Shown: piece by piece, positions 48,678 to 60,947 of the stretch
Position numbering within the stretch: the stretch's first letter is position 1
How the letters are laid out: each line of letters starts with the position of its first letter
From: Podarcis vaucheri
Lineage: Eukaryota
Reading direction: 5' to 3' (one strand)
Assembly: GCA_965113315.1 (NCBI GenBank)
Contig: OZ220372.1
DNA: 64,000 nt
The notes under the pieces: generated by a model
The model's input: only the letters and a program-made list of their open reading frames with translations
What the model was told of the DNA's origin: nothing
The model's database searches: none
Program-made: the position numbers and the translations under genes

Positions 48678-48820
48678 TAGGAAACTGCCTTAGACCAAGT
48701 CTGATTATTGGTCCATCCAGCATGGCATTGTCAATGCTGGATCTTTCCCAGCATTACCTGGGGATGCCAGGGATTGAATCTGGGACCTTCTATATGCAAA
48801 GCAAATGCTCTACCACTGAG
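48678..48820 (-). mobile_element. tRNA-Ala-derived SINE (probably Squam2)
   Basis: GGGATTGAATCTGGGACCTTCTATATGCAAAGCAAATGCTCTACCACTGAG. Confidence 0.75.
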
Positions 48821-48967
48821 TCCTCCTCATTAGGCTCCATGTTGTCCCTTGTAGAACCCAGCAGGGAAGAAGATGGAGACAACATGACAATCAGTTGGCT
48901 CTGCCTGTCATTGGCTCTAGCTCCATCCACTGTTCATTTCCCTGCCTTTCGCCCTGCCAGTCCCAAT

Positions 48968-49352
48968 GGGCATGCGGGTGGCACTGTGGTCTAAACCACT
49001 GAGCCTCTTGGGCTTTCTGATCAGAAGGTTGGCGGTTTGAGTCTGTGCAATGGGATGAGCTCCCGTTGCTCTGTCCCAGCTCCTGCCAACCTAGCTGTTT
49101 GAAAGCACACCAGTGCAAGTAGATAAATAGGTACCACTGTGGCGGGAAGGTAAACGGCGATTCTGTGCGCTCTGGTTTCCATCACAGTGTTCTGTTGTGG
49201 CAGATGTGATTGAGTCATGCTGGCCACATGACCCGGAAAGCTGTCTGTGGACAAACGCCGGCTTCCTCTGCCTGAAAGTGAGATGAGTGACGTAACCCCA
49301 TAGTTGCCTTTGACTGGACTTAACCATCCAGGGATCCTTTACCTTTACCTTT
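48968..49352 (+). mobile_element. Sauria/Squam1 SINE, older subfamily
   Basis: CpG-decayed head, (TTTACC)n tail, flanking CCCAAT repeat. Confidence 0.88.
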
Positions 49353-51239
49353 TCTTTTACCCAATGGGCCATCACTGGGTGTAACATGTTGCTATATGCT
49401 ACAGTGAACTCACCATTAGGCCAGACCTGTTATCACTATATCTTTATTATATCTTTATATATACTTGCTTGTTTTCCCTAATGGGTCTCAAGATGACTAT
49501 ATTTCTTTGATTTTATATTACACCCCATTTTCCAGCCAAGATTGGCACCCAATACAGCTACCATTAAATATATGCAAAAGATATAGTATCTTAGCAATAG
49601 ATGCTGGTGCTTGCCAGCTTAGCTGGACTGTGTTGTGTGGTAGATTCTACTCCACCAGCCCCAGCCAGCATGGTCAGTGGCCAGGGATGATGGGATCTGT
49701 AGTCCAGCAACATCTGGCAGGCCTCTTGTTCCCCATCCCTGCCTTACAATTGTCTTCATTTTCTAGGTTTTAAAGAGGCTGTGGAGCATCACTCTTGTGG
49801 GAAGGAAGTGCTTTGTAAAAGGGAACATGCTCTCGGCTTCTACAAAATTAATGGTAATTAGTCTCAAATGAAAGTACTTGATCTTACTTGTTCCTTGCAC
49901 AAAAACATAGATCCAGGATTTGTCCAGTGAATTCTTGGTGGTTTTCAGTTTTAAGATTACCTTGGTCTTAATTCATTCCCACTTGAAATGAAATGCATTC
50001 GTTTATTTGGGGAAATATCAAAGACACACAAGGGAAGATCTATGTCATTTCCCCCCTTTAGTTCCTTCTTTTTACCAGGGACTTTTTGTTATGTGAACAA
50101 ACAGTATATTCGAGAAGCTCTTGTGATGTCACAACCAGATTATGCAGGGAGCCAACTATATCAGTGGCAGATCAAGGGCTCTGGCTTCTTCACTGCTTCT
50201 GGAATGACGACCACTCCCTGAACTTGTCATTCCAAGTAGTTGCATGTAGTTTATTTTTAACATCCATGTATCAATTTTTTATTTAGAACATGCTCTTCAG
50301 TGGAAAAAAGCTCCCAGGATGGCTTGTATGCAGTCAATTAAAACAGGACAGTTTCTGCCTGCAGGGTTCTAGAAGACATGGCACAAAAGGGGAAATGATC
50401 GGGGATGGAAGGGGAAAACAAGCAAACTCAGGCACCAATTATTAAAGTTAAACAGTAGCTCTCATAATGACCAGCTGGAATGGAAACAGTTCAGGGACAA
50501 GAGGGGTCTGATGGAGCTGGTCCTTCAACACTGCTGATGGAATGAGTCTTGCTTCTCATCTCTCCTGCTGCAAAGGGCTAGAGATCAGCTGAACTAGTCC
50601 TGACTGCTCTCTCTTTTTTCCAATAGTTTCCCCACCTCCATTTCGTGCCACCTTTGTAAGATGCCTATTTATCTTCAAATGTATTGAGAGAGGAGGAGTC
50701 AGCAGAAGATAATGGATGTGTACTTAATGCTTTGTATTTCTTCAGAGTTTGCCCTTTTCCTTATATAACCAGAATTATTCACTTCCGTAGTGACTCAGGA
50801 TTAGGAATGGTTTCTTCAACATGGGGAAGCAGGAGAGTTTAATTCATTCTTTCATGTTGGTGCGATACATTGTAGTCATGGTGGTTGTTTATTTTTAGTT
50901 AAAACCATGAGTTTAATGGCAGAGTTTCAAAAAATGACCACATTTCCTTCAATTAAAAACACACTGCCTGCAGTGACTCTATCACCGCCTGAAACAATAG
51001 GCTTAGAGCCCTGCAATTAAGCTGAAGTGAGTTTCCAGGATCCCCCCCCCAAAAAAAGAATACCAGTTTAGTTTGCTTTTTTTATTAATAGAATGCCCAA
51101 AAAAAACCTCCCAGCTTCTATTTAGAGAAAGGCCAGAGCTGCTTTATATATAAATATACAATGGATGATTATGAACCTTTACAATTATTATTCTCCTCAG
51201 ATATAAAAGTGAAACAAAGCGTTTCAGAGCATTTCCGGA

Positions 51240-51440
51240 CATAAGTTATGATTCTCAAAAGGGATATTGTAGACTTGGAAAGGGCTCGGGAAAGGACAAC
51301 CAAAATGATCAAGGGGGTGGAAGATGCAACATTTGGGACTTTTTAGTTTAGAGAAAAGGTGAATTAGAGACAGCATGATAAAAGTTTATTAAATTATGAA
51401 TGGCACAGAGAGAGTAGAGCAAAGTTTTTCTTCCTCTCTA
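51240..51440 (+). mobile_element. Old CR1 ORF2 fragment
   Basis: Remnants of KRDI..LE...R.TKMIKG and LFSLEKR..R..MI.VY. Confidence 0.6.
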
Positions 51441-53042
51441 TATATCTATATCAATCTCAATACAATACAATATATTACAGACTCAGGGTCAAGTTCCCCT
51501 GACTTTGCACACTAAGCAAAACCTAACTACTAATTGCAAAACAGTAGGGGAAATGTGACGGCTTCATCAAACCTACCTATGTCACCACACAAACCAAAAG
51601 CAACATTATTGGAAGAACGGAAGGATTATTGAAAGGAGATGCATTTTCATCATGTTCCCTCCAGATGAGAGTGTCGTGTTCATGACACTATTTCACTGCT
51701 ACATGTGCTGACTTTAGCTTAATTTGTTAGAGCTGGAGGTGCAAAAGACGGGGGGGGGGGGGAGCAGTCCAAGAACACAAGGAAGGAAACCTCTAGACAG
51801 AGAAAATATGGTTTATTAGACCCAGAGCATCCAGACTGAAGATTACTTAGGGAAAATCAGGAGTGGACCTTCGTGTGGAATGGCTGAGAGCTTAGGTATG
51901 GTTAGGAAAACAAATCTGGAGGGCTGCACATGTGCTCAGAGGTACCCTTTACCCATATTTAAGGCTGCCAACCTTTTGGGGACCTGGAAACTGGAGAAAC
52001 TGGAAACTGGAGAAACTGATGAGTGCACCACAGGCACACACAACGAAACCATGCACAAACCACAACTTTCTATACCGACTACAAGGGAACACTTCTTTCA
52101 AGTCTAATCTCAGAAGAAGAAGAAGCAACAGGAAGGAAATTGTCATGTGTCAGGGAACCCTTCAGCAGGCACATGGACACCCATGGGTGCCACATTAACA
52201 ACCCCTGGTCTAAGTGTACACCTGCTCCATTGAGCCATTGTGCAGATATTTGGCCCCAGTGGGTAGATTTCAGGGATCAAGGAAAAGAAAAGAAGAAAAG
52301 CAGATCCCACAAGTCTAAAGTCTGCCCACCCCTCCTCAACATGACTCTTTAGCCAACCCTCTCCCACTTACAGTAGAATAAATTATGCAGCAGAAGCAAA
52401 TATTTATGTATTATGCAATATTCGTACAGGCTGTTTCAGCACAGGTTTATACGTGTTTAAGTTAGGCATTTTTTGTAGTGGAGAGTTAGTGGGATCCACA
52501 CACCAGGAAATTTCAAATCAATCAGAAATGTGTTAGCATTGAAAATTCATTACAGTTTTAAAAGCCATGACTTAGAGGGAATAAGCAACCTTCAGCATTG
52601 TGGGACAATTCCACATCATAGATTCAAGAGGGAATATATCACGTTTCACAAACTCTTTCTTAAATTCTGAACGTCAACCCAGCATGAGCACTCAAGGCAG
52701 AAATGATACGGTGTACATCAAATTGTAGCTCTTACCTGGATGATAACAGTGGTAAAGAGAGATGTTTATGGTTATTCAGCTGGAGGTAATCCAAAATTCT
52801 GATGACACTTAGTACAGTGCTGCTTTTTTATAATCAATTTCTCTGTTTAATTTCTGTTCACAGATAGTGGCTTCATATAGGGTCTAACTAAATTGATAAT
52901 AACGGAGCACAATGAGGAGTGCTGTTTTGTCTGTAATGTATTCCTCATTGCTGACTGAAATGAATAAGTATTCTGTTCAGCCTTCTTCCTCTACCCTAGA
53001 GGTTACCAACATACCACCTCTACGAATAGTCTTGGTTAAATA

Positions 53043-53394
53043 GGTAAAGGTAAAGGTACCCCTGACTATAAGGTCCAGTCACGGACAACTCTGGGGTTGC
53101 ACGCTCATCTCGCTCTATAGGCCAAGGGAGCCGGCGTTTGTCTGCAGACAGTTTTTCTGGGTCATGTGGCCAGCATGACTAAGCTGCTTCTGGCGAAACC
53201 AGAGCAGCGCACGGAAACGCTGTTTACCTTCCCACCGGAGTGGTACCTATTTATCTACTTCCACTTTGATGTGCTTTCGAACTGCTAGGTTGGCAGGAGC
53301 TGGGACCAAACAACGATGGAGCTCACCCCATCGCTGGATTCGAACCTTCTGATCGGCAAGTCCTAGGTTCAGTGGTTTAGACCACAGCACCACC
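53043..53394 (-). mobile_element. Sauria/Squam1 SINE
   Basis: (GGTAAA)n tail and GGATTCGAAC B box in reverse. Confidence 0.9.
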
Positions 53395-53988
53395 AGCATG
53401 TTTAATATCCCCTCACAAATCCACAGTGCATGAGAGGCTTTTGCTCTTCCTGCTCAGTTCCTGTTTGCATTGGTTCAGCCTTTCATCCACTGAACATCCC
53501 CCACTTAAACATGGTCACATTACATTTGGTGCCTGAATTGGACACCCACTTTCCCATTCATTTTGAACAGAGGAGAGTCACAAACAGCTTTTCTCCATGA
53601 GCTAGCACAGTGGTGGCTGATTTAAGTCCCTTTTCCCCGCTGGTGGGAGTGGATAATGGCAGGGAGATAGGGCCCTCTTTTTAGACGCTTCTACCTGTGA
53701 CAGCCATGATGTCATGCGTATCTCAGCTTCATCTGCCTCTGCTCCAGAAGCACCTGGTGTGATTTCACAAATGCAACAGGAGGAGGAGGAAGGGAAAAAG
53801 ATGAGGGGCTGGAAAGCAGGCACTCAGGGATGAAGGGGAGAGGTTACAAACCATTATATCTCCAGATGTCAAAGAGGAGGGAGCAGATCTCTTGGCCTAT
53901 TCTACTGCCCTTCTTGGGGAGCCCAGAGCCTCATCAGGGAGTCAGGAGGACTTCTTTGTAGCTTAATGGCATCTTTGTAACTGTATAG

Positions 53989-54124
53989 CAGGCATTGGCA
54001 AACTCGGCCCTCCAGATGTTTTGGGACTACAACTCCCATCATCCCTGATCACTGGTCCTGTTAGCTAGGGATGATGGGAGTTGTAGTCCCAAAACATCTG
54101 AAGGGTCGAGTTTGCCTATGCCTG
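53989..54124. mobile_element. hAT MITE, 136 bp, near-palindromic
   Basis: TIRs CAGGCAT.GGCAAACTCG / CGAGTTTGCCTATGCCTG, perfect 8-bp TSD CTGTATAG. Confidence 0.92.
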
Positions 54125-55181
54125 CTGTATAGCATCATCAGTTATGTGTCTTGGAATCTTGAATTTTGGACCTGTACTGCTATTAGCCTGAATAAAGTTT
54201 TTCTTTCTTTCAAGCACTGGCACTGTGTTTTTGAATGGGATCTTGGCACATTTTGTTTTATGCCACACCCCCTCCACTGTCATTTTGTGACTGGTGCCCA
54301 TAGAAGTTTATCAGTTTTCCAAGTGTACCCACTGGCCCCAAAGCTGCAATCCTATTTGGACATAATTAGGGGTAAGTCCTAGAAAACACAGCACAATTTA
54401 CTTTTGAGCAGACATGCAGAAGATTGTTCTCTTACTCTGAGTCTTTTGAAGAGAAGGCGAGACAAGAAGTGGCAGACTATTGATTTATTTTTAAGGAAAG
54501 GGAGCAGGTGGGAAAAGCAAAGCTACAGTAAGAACATGCAATTTCTTCATGGCTTAAAAATGTCCATCTGTTCTTGTTCCCCTGAATACTTAAATGGTGA
54601 TAGATAGATAATCTGCCTGGTTCCTGAAAGCTCAGGACAGATCGCATGAGATTTTCCACTCACTGATTCTGAATTGAGCAATGGCCCTTTGCAATGCAAA
54701 TTCATCTGCCAAGTTAAATTCCAACCAGACCCTGTTTTCCTTCCATTCATTTACTGCTTGCTTTATATCTTGGTTCCAGCAGTTTTCCTGCCTACATGTT
54801 TCAGTCAAAGTTGTGTTCCTTCGTTGGTTTTGGAGTCTGCAGGGTGAATAAACAACTGTCCTTGTAAAGCATCAGGGGTCTTGAAATTGGCACTCAAGCA
54901 GCAGGACACAGGTGTCTTACCCTTTCATCTGTGGTGTTAATTTGCTAAAGAAGGAAACTGCCAGCAGTTTTGCCAAGTTATCGCTCTGGAATTATTGTCT
55001 CCTTACCTTTGACTCCTCCATTATTGTTCAGAATCCTCATATGGAGTGGAGGAGAAGGTTCAGCTCTCGCCTCCACCTGCACCATCTGCCTGTTTTTCTC
55101 AGGCAGCAGCAACCCAAGGAGGATGGTAGGGTTTTGTGTTGGGAATTTGATATGAGATACACATTCATAACCCTAACCCTA

Positions 55182-55182
<1 letters not shown>

Positions 55183-55232
<50 letters not shown>

Positions 55233-55545
55233 CTGCCCATCTGGCTAGGCTTCCCCAGCCACTCTGGGAGGCTTCCAACAAAATATTAAAATACAGTAAT
55301 GCATCAAACATTAAAAGCTTCCCTAAACAGGGCTGCCTTCAGATGCCTTCTAAAAGTCTGGTAGTTGTTGTTCTCTTTGACATCTGGTGGGAGGGCGTTT
55401 CACAGGGCAGGTGTCACTACCAAGAAGGCCCTCTGCCTGGTTCTCTGTAACTTGGCTTCTTGCTCTGAGGGAACCGCCAGAAGGCCCTCGGCACTGGACA
55501 TCAGTGTCCAGGTAGAACAATGGGGGTGGAGATGCTCCTTCAGAT
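55183..55545 (-). mobile_element. L2 3' fragment with (ATT)n tail
   Basis: Reverse complement of 59135-59450-type sequence. Confidence 0.9.
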
Positions 55546-56190
55546 CTTGACCGCAGTACTAGTCACCAGAGAGAAGCAGAGTAAGGTCCAGATTTTACTG
55601 TTGTAGATGATATAGGCTCAGTAAAACAGCTCTGGATGTATTTATATACAGACAAATAAGTTCCAGCTTGTAGGCTCTGGTAGGTACAGAAATGTACAGA
55701 GACATACAAATATGAAGTACGGTATCTCTGTTGCTCTAAATAACTCAAAAAAACTCAAGATATAATGCTGGACAACTAACAGACTCAGACAGATTCAAAC
55801 AACCATATTAGTTGACATACATTAATCATAGATATAGTTGGGGCACTGGGCTGTTGCCACAGCAACTGGCTCAGTTGACCTTGCACCTGTGATTAGCTCA
55901 TGAAGGAAATTAACTCCTTCTCATGTCCAGTTACTCCAACATTTTGTGGGTCTCCCATGTCATCATGGCTCTCTTCTCCCCGCACCTGACTTCCTTTAAT
56001 ATGATCTCTTTCAGATTACATCATGTCTCTGGGGTAGGAAGTAGAGTCCAAGAGAACTGCTGCTCTGTAGCATCTGCATGCCCTCCCAATGAATGATGGG
56101 AGCTTGACCCAAAAGTCTATGCCATGATACATGGGTTTCTGGGGCAAGTTCCAATAAGGAAATATTTGGGGCATTATTAATTATTATTAC

Positions 56191-56221
<31 letters not shown>

Positions 56222-56353
56222 CATTAGTCACTGGTTGCTCAAAGGTCTGCAAATGACTTATAATGCATTTAAAAACATAAACATAAATACAATATTTATA
56301 CCATTAAAATTATACAAAATATTAACAAATTCACACAAAACACCTACAGTTCA

Positions 56354-56405
<52 letters not shown>

Positions 56406-56408
<3 letters not shown>

Positions 56409-56722
56409 TTTCGTAGATTTTCACGGGTACAGGAATGCAGGTTTTGGTGTCTTCGGGTGTCTTCCCGTGTAAGAGTCGGGGTGTCTGTGCGACGTTTCGA
56501 CGAGGTCTCACTCGTCATCTTCAGGCTGGTGCTTTCGGCTTCTTGTTACTGGAACAGAGCTCTGTTCCAGTAACAAGAAGCCGAAAGCACCAGCCTGAAG
56601 ATGACGAGTGAGACCTCGTCGAAACGTCGCACAGACACCCCGACTCTTACACGGGAAGACACCCGAAGACACCAAAACCTGCATATATATATATATATAT
56701 ATTTGCTTTCGTAGATTTTCAC

Positions 56723-56724
<2 letters not shown>
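56406..56724. mobile_element. Penelope-like pLTR fold-back: perfect 250-bp palindrome (56435-56684) plus duplicated terminus
   Basis: Arms checked base by base, centre between 56559 and 56560. Carries a hammerhead core. TGCTTTCGTAGATTTTCACGGG occurs at 56406 and again near 56704. Confidence 0.75.
56593..56630 (+). ncRNA. Minimal hammerhead ribozyme motif (mirror copy at 56489-56526 on the - strand)
   Basis: GC-CUGAAGA-U-GACGAG-UGAGAC-CUCGUC-GAAA-CGUC-GC: core intact, 6-bp stem II, palindromic ACGU stem III, GUC cleavage triplet. Stem I is weak. Confidence 0.7.
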
Positions 56725-56763
<39 letters not shown>

Positions 56764-57379
56764 TATATAATAAAATTGTAATGATGTCATCATGCTGTAG
56801 TTTGCAAGGGGTGGCATCCCCTAGCATGTATGCACTGAATTGCACTGACCTGGGTCTTAAGGGTTACATACAATGGATTCGGATGATAGTCTTATGTAGC
56901 TTAAGTTTCACATATGAGGATTTGAACACATACGTATATGAATCCAGTATTAAAAACCAGAAATAGATGCAATGCTTAAACTTGCTTTTTCAGAGGTGAC
57001 TTTGCAGGAGCCTTTCTTCTTGACTCATGACTTGTTAAAATGTGTGTTTTGGATGGAATATGCACAGAAGTAATAATGCCACACAGCTGACAAGGATCTA
57101 TTGTTTAATAGCAAGGAGCTGCGCAGAGAACCTGCACTTGGACCAGAGGTTAATTGATGGAATATTTCCACAAGGCATCTGCTTGCTTAAGCATTCTGTT
57201 CATGATGTTAGCCTGTCCTGCATTTGTGATTGCGTCTCCCAGAAAGAACAAAATATAGGAATGCACAAAAGTTCAGGAAATTCTTTCCCTAATCTACAGA
57301 CTTCTCTTGTTATTGCACCTCATGCAGAGAACATTACTATTAACAGTTTGTATCTTAAGATAAATTTATCTATTAATGT

Positions 57380-57595
57380 ATTTATTTATTTATTACATTT
57401 ATATGCCACTTTGTTTTCCAATGAGTTTGAGGTGGTGTACATGGTTCCCCTCCTCCCTATTTCATCTTCACAACAACACTGTGAGGGAGGTTACACTGAG
57501 AGATGGCGACTGGCCCAAGGCGGCCATCCCACTGAGCTTCATTAGGGAATTGAACCCTGCTTTCCTAGGTCATAGCCCAATACTCTAACCATTAC
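57380..57595 (-). mobile_element. Old Squam3/Ther1(MIR)-type SINE
   Basis: TCTTCACAACAACACTGTGAGG...GACTGGCCCAAGG...ATTGAACCC...CTCTAACCA. Confidence 0.65.
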
Positions 57596-57676
57596 GTAAA
57601 AGGAACATTTTCATTTACCCTTTCTACAGCCATCTGCAACATAAACACCCCAAAAGCCATCTTCTATGGGAAAGGG

Positions 57677-57908
57677 TAGTTCAAAAGCACCCCTAAGTGC
57701 AAGTAGATAAATAGGTGCCGCTTTATAGCGGGAAGATAAACGGCGTTTCCGTGTGCTGTGCTGGCTCGCCAGAGCAGCTTCGTCACGCTGCCCACGTGAC
57801 CCGGAAGTGTCTTCGGACAGCGCTGGCTCCCAGCCTCTTAAGTGAGATGAGCGCACAACCCCAGAGTCGGACACGACTGGCCCATACGTGCAGGGGTACC
57901 TTTACCTT
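57677..57908 (+). mobile_element. Sauria/Squam1 SINE, 5'-truncated
   Basis: Matches 48432-48670. Confidence 0.9.
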
Positions 57909-58305
57909 TATGGGTGCCTCTTGAACTATGTGGGGTCAGGCATAGGGGCTGCTGGGGGAACACTTTCATTCTGTGAACTTCCTTAGAAACTAAACCCAAT
58001 CTGGGGCAATTCCTCCCCCTGCATCAGTCTCCCTTCTGCATTGTTCAGAGGGATCCCTGACCTTCCAGAGAGAGATTTTGGGGGTGCAGCTGGGTTGCCT
58101 GAGGAGGAGGGGATGAGACACTTTCTTTCCATGAACATTTTCACATTAACTTATCATCAGATCCAAGACAAGGCTTAGAAACATCAGTGGAGATTATGAA
58201 GTTTCTCATTTTTCCTATCTCACACTCAGTTATTCACATTTTAGCAGCAGATCATGATTTGTTTGTTTATAAAATCTTCATGAAAATCAATCAACAGCTC
58301 TACCT

Positions 58306-59459
58306 GGGGGCACAGTCATACAGTGGTTCCGCTCCTTCCTCCTGGGCCGTGTTCAGAAAGTGGTAGTGGGAGATGAGTTTTCAGACCCCTGGGCTCTCAC
58401 TTGTGGGGTGCCTCAGGGTTCTGTCCTCTCCCCCATGCTTTTCAACATCTACATGCAGCCGCTAGGAGAAATCATCAGGAGGTTTCGGCTGGATGTTCAT
58501 CAGTATGCGGATGATACCCAGCTCTACCTCTCTTTCAAATCATAACCAGTGAAGGTGCTGAAGGTCCTGTGAGTGTCTGGAGGCAGTTGGAAGATGGATG
58601 GCAGCTAACAGATTGAGGTTGAGGTTGAGATTGAGGTTGAGGTTGAATCCTGGCAAGACAAAATTACTGTTTTCGGAGGACAGGAGGCGGGCAGGTGTGG
58701 AGGACTCCCTGGTCCTGAATGGGGTAACTGTGCCCCTGAAGGACCAGGTGCACAGCCTGCAAGTCATTTTGGACTCAAAGCTATCCATGGAGGCACAGGT
58801 CAATTCTGTGTCCAGGGCAGCTGTTTACCAGCTCCATCTGGTACGTAGGCTGAGACCCTATCTGCCCGCGGACTGTCTCGCCAGAGTGGTGCATACTCTA
58901 GTTATCTCTCGCTTGGACTACTGCAATGCGCTCTTTGTGGGGTTACCTTTGAAGGTGATCTGGAAACTACAACTAATCCAGAATGCAGTAGCTAGACTGG
59001 TGACTGGGAGCGGCCACCAAGACCACATAACACTGGCCTTGAAAGACCTACATTGACTCCCAGTACGTTTCCGAGCCCAATTCAAAGTGTTTGTGCTAAC
59101 CTTTAAAGCTCTAAACAGCCTCGGTTTAGTATACCTGAATGAGTGTCTCCACCCCCATCGTCCTGCCCGGACACTGAGGTCCAGTGCCGAGGGCCTTCTG
59201 GCGGTTCCCTCACTGAGAGAAGCCAAGTTTCAGAGAACCAGGCAGAGTGCCTTCTCGGTAGTGGCACCCGTCCTGTGGAACACCTTCCCACCAGATGTCA
59301 AAGAGATAAATAACTACCTGACATTCAGAAGACATCTGAAGGCAGCCCTGTTTAGGGAAGCTTTTAATGTTTAACAGACTATTGTATTTTAATATTTTGT
59401 TGGAAGCCGCCCAGAGTGGCTGGGGAAACCCAGCCAGATGGGCGGGGTACAAATAATAA

Positions 59460-59502
<43 letters not shown>
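58306..59502 (+). pseudogene. L2 LINE, 5'-truncated, disrupted reverse transcriptase C-terminal half
   Basis: GVPQGSVLSPMLFNIYM, QYADDTQLY, SRLDYCN and FRRHLK motifs, with internal stops and a frameshift. (TTA)n tail. TSD TACCTGGGG (58301-58309 and 59503-59511) inside a Squam2-like SINE. Confidence 0.95.
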
Positions 59503-59504
<2 letters not shown>

Positions 59505-60947
59505 CCTGGGGATACTGTTTATTGAACCTGGGCAGATGCTCTACCACTGAGCTATGGCCCTTTTCCAATATCAGTGCACAGGTTAGTTAAACTAGATTGT
59601 TCATAAGGAGAAGAGGAGCTGTCACACATAGCTGTAGCTGATCACCCTGATTACAGCTGTTTCTAGACCAAACTGCAGATGCAAGGAAACATTTGTGTGG
59701 CTCTGCTTAGCTGTCATACAGCAGAGATGCAACTTTAAAAAGTTACCCAAATCTATTAAGCTCAGACCTCTTCCATCAAATTACAGCTGGGAAAGTCTAG
59801 CAAGAAACCTGAAAAGATACATGGGTTTCATCAAAGCCAGAGAATGCACCAGGAGAGAACTGTGTATCTGTAAGGGGTTTCGAATCCCCTTGCAAAATGG
59901 TAGATAAGATCTGCACATTGATTGATAAAGAAGAAAAAGATGCATGAATAATGGAATAATCATATTCAATGGAAACCAACAGAATTTAAAAGGGATGCAT
60001 TGTTACCAGAGGAGATGAAAATGAAGCAAGATTGGAAGAAAAGTTAGTAAATAAGAGAACAAAATCTGAGAGTAGATAGAAAGAAGAAGGAAGGGGTTTG
60101 GCATAAAAGACAAAAATAACTAGAAAGGGGGCATTTCTGGAGAAAAAGACAGTGCTCCGGAGACTGGAGAACAGACATAAGAGTGTTAGCATGAGAAAGA
60201 GCAACAGAATAATAAATAAATCAACATAATTCCTATGTAAGAGTGTATATATCTTTCTCATTAGTATCTGAATGGGGCTGCTGAAGTGACAGCTACTCAT
60301 GCTTTAGAATATTATCAATATTTAATATGTGTAAACATCTGATAATTAATGAATAAAATATTGTATATAAGATGCTGGCTCCCAACTCACCCAAAGCCTT
60401 ATGAAAAATGCATGCCTCCAAAGACTCATTAACCTTTCTGTGCAATAGCTGGTAAGCTTGTGATTCAATCCAGCAGTGGAAGGATTGTAATGATTTCGAG
60501 GGCGGGGGGTTGCTTAGGAGGGGTAACAGGATTTCATTGTAAAATGCACTCTGAAGGCCAAAAGAACAGCATGGGATAGGGAAGCACAGCCGGTATTTTT
60601 TTAACAATGGACTGAAGGAATGGTCACTTACTACGAACGAGATTCTGAGAAATTCATGAATGGGTTGCAGCATCTCTGAAAGCAGTGGGGGTTGCTCTGT
60701 TAGAGTGAACAGATCACAGCTCCACCAACCTCAGTCTTTCGTCAACCAACCTGCATCTGCCTGCCTTCTGACTTTCAACCTGCCAGGGACTAACAATACA
60801 TTCCTAAGCAAGTCTGCAGAGATACTACTGCAGAGATACTAAGCATGTCTGCAGAGATATTTAAAAAGATACTTACTTGGAAATAAGTCCCATTGGAGAA
60901 AGAGTGCCTCTCACATCTCAGCAGACATGCTTAGGTTTGTAAGCTTT

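Larger units (their letters stand above)
56357..56762. repeat. (TA)n tracts flanking and interspersed with a Penelope-like insertion
   Basis: (TA)n at about 56357-56406, 56683-56702 and 56725-56762. Confidence 0.95.

Noticed and set aside
47912-48688. Regularly spaced 14-bp direct repeats resembling a CRISPR array
   Set aside because: The spacers are ~365-bp SINE copies and the repeats are TSDs; the DNA is eukaryotic.
51725-52130. Possible additional minus-strand LTR with a 15-bp tandem duplication (CTGGAAACTGGAGAAA)
   Set aside because: PolyA- and TATA-like signals are present, but ends and TSD could not be defined.
624-55289. ORFs with poly-N, poly-I, poly-E, VC or YI runs (e.g. 624-836, 6954-7259, 30409-30603, 54912-55289)
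   Set aside because: They are translations of (AAT)n, (CTT)n, (GT)n and (TA)n microsatellites or retroelement tails.
60293-60673. 126-aa minus-strand ORF
   Set aside because: No recognisable domain; possibly decayed retroelement sequence but not assignable.
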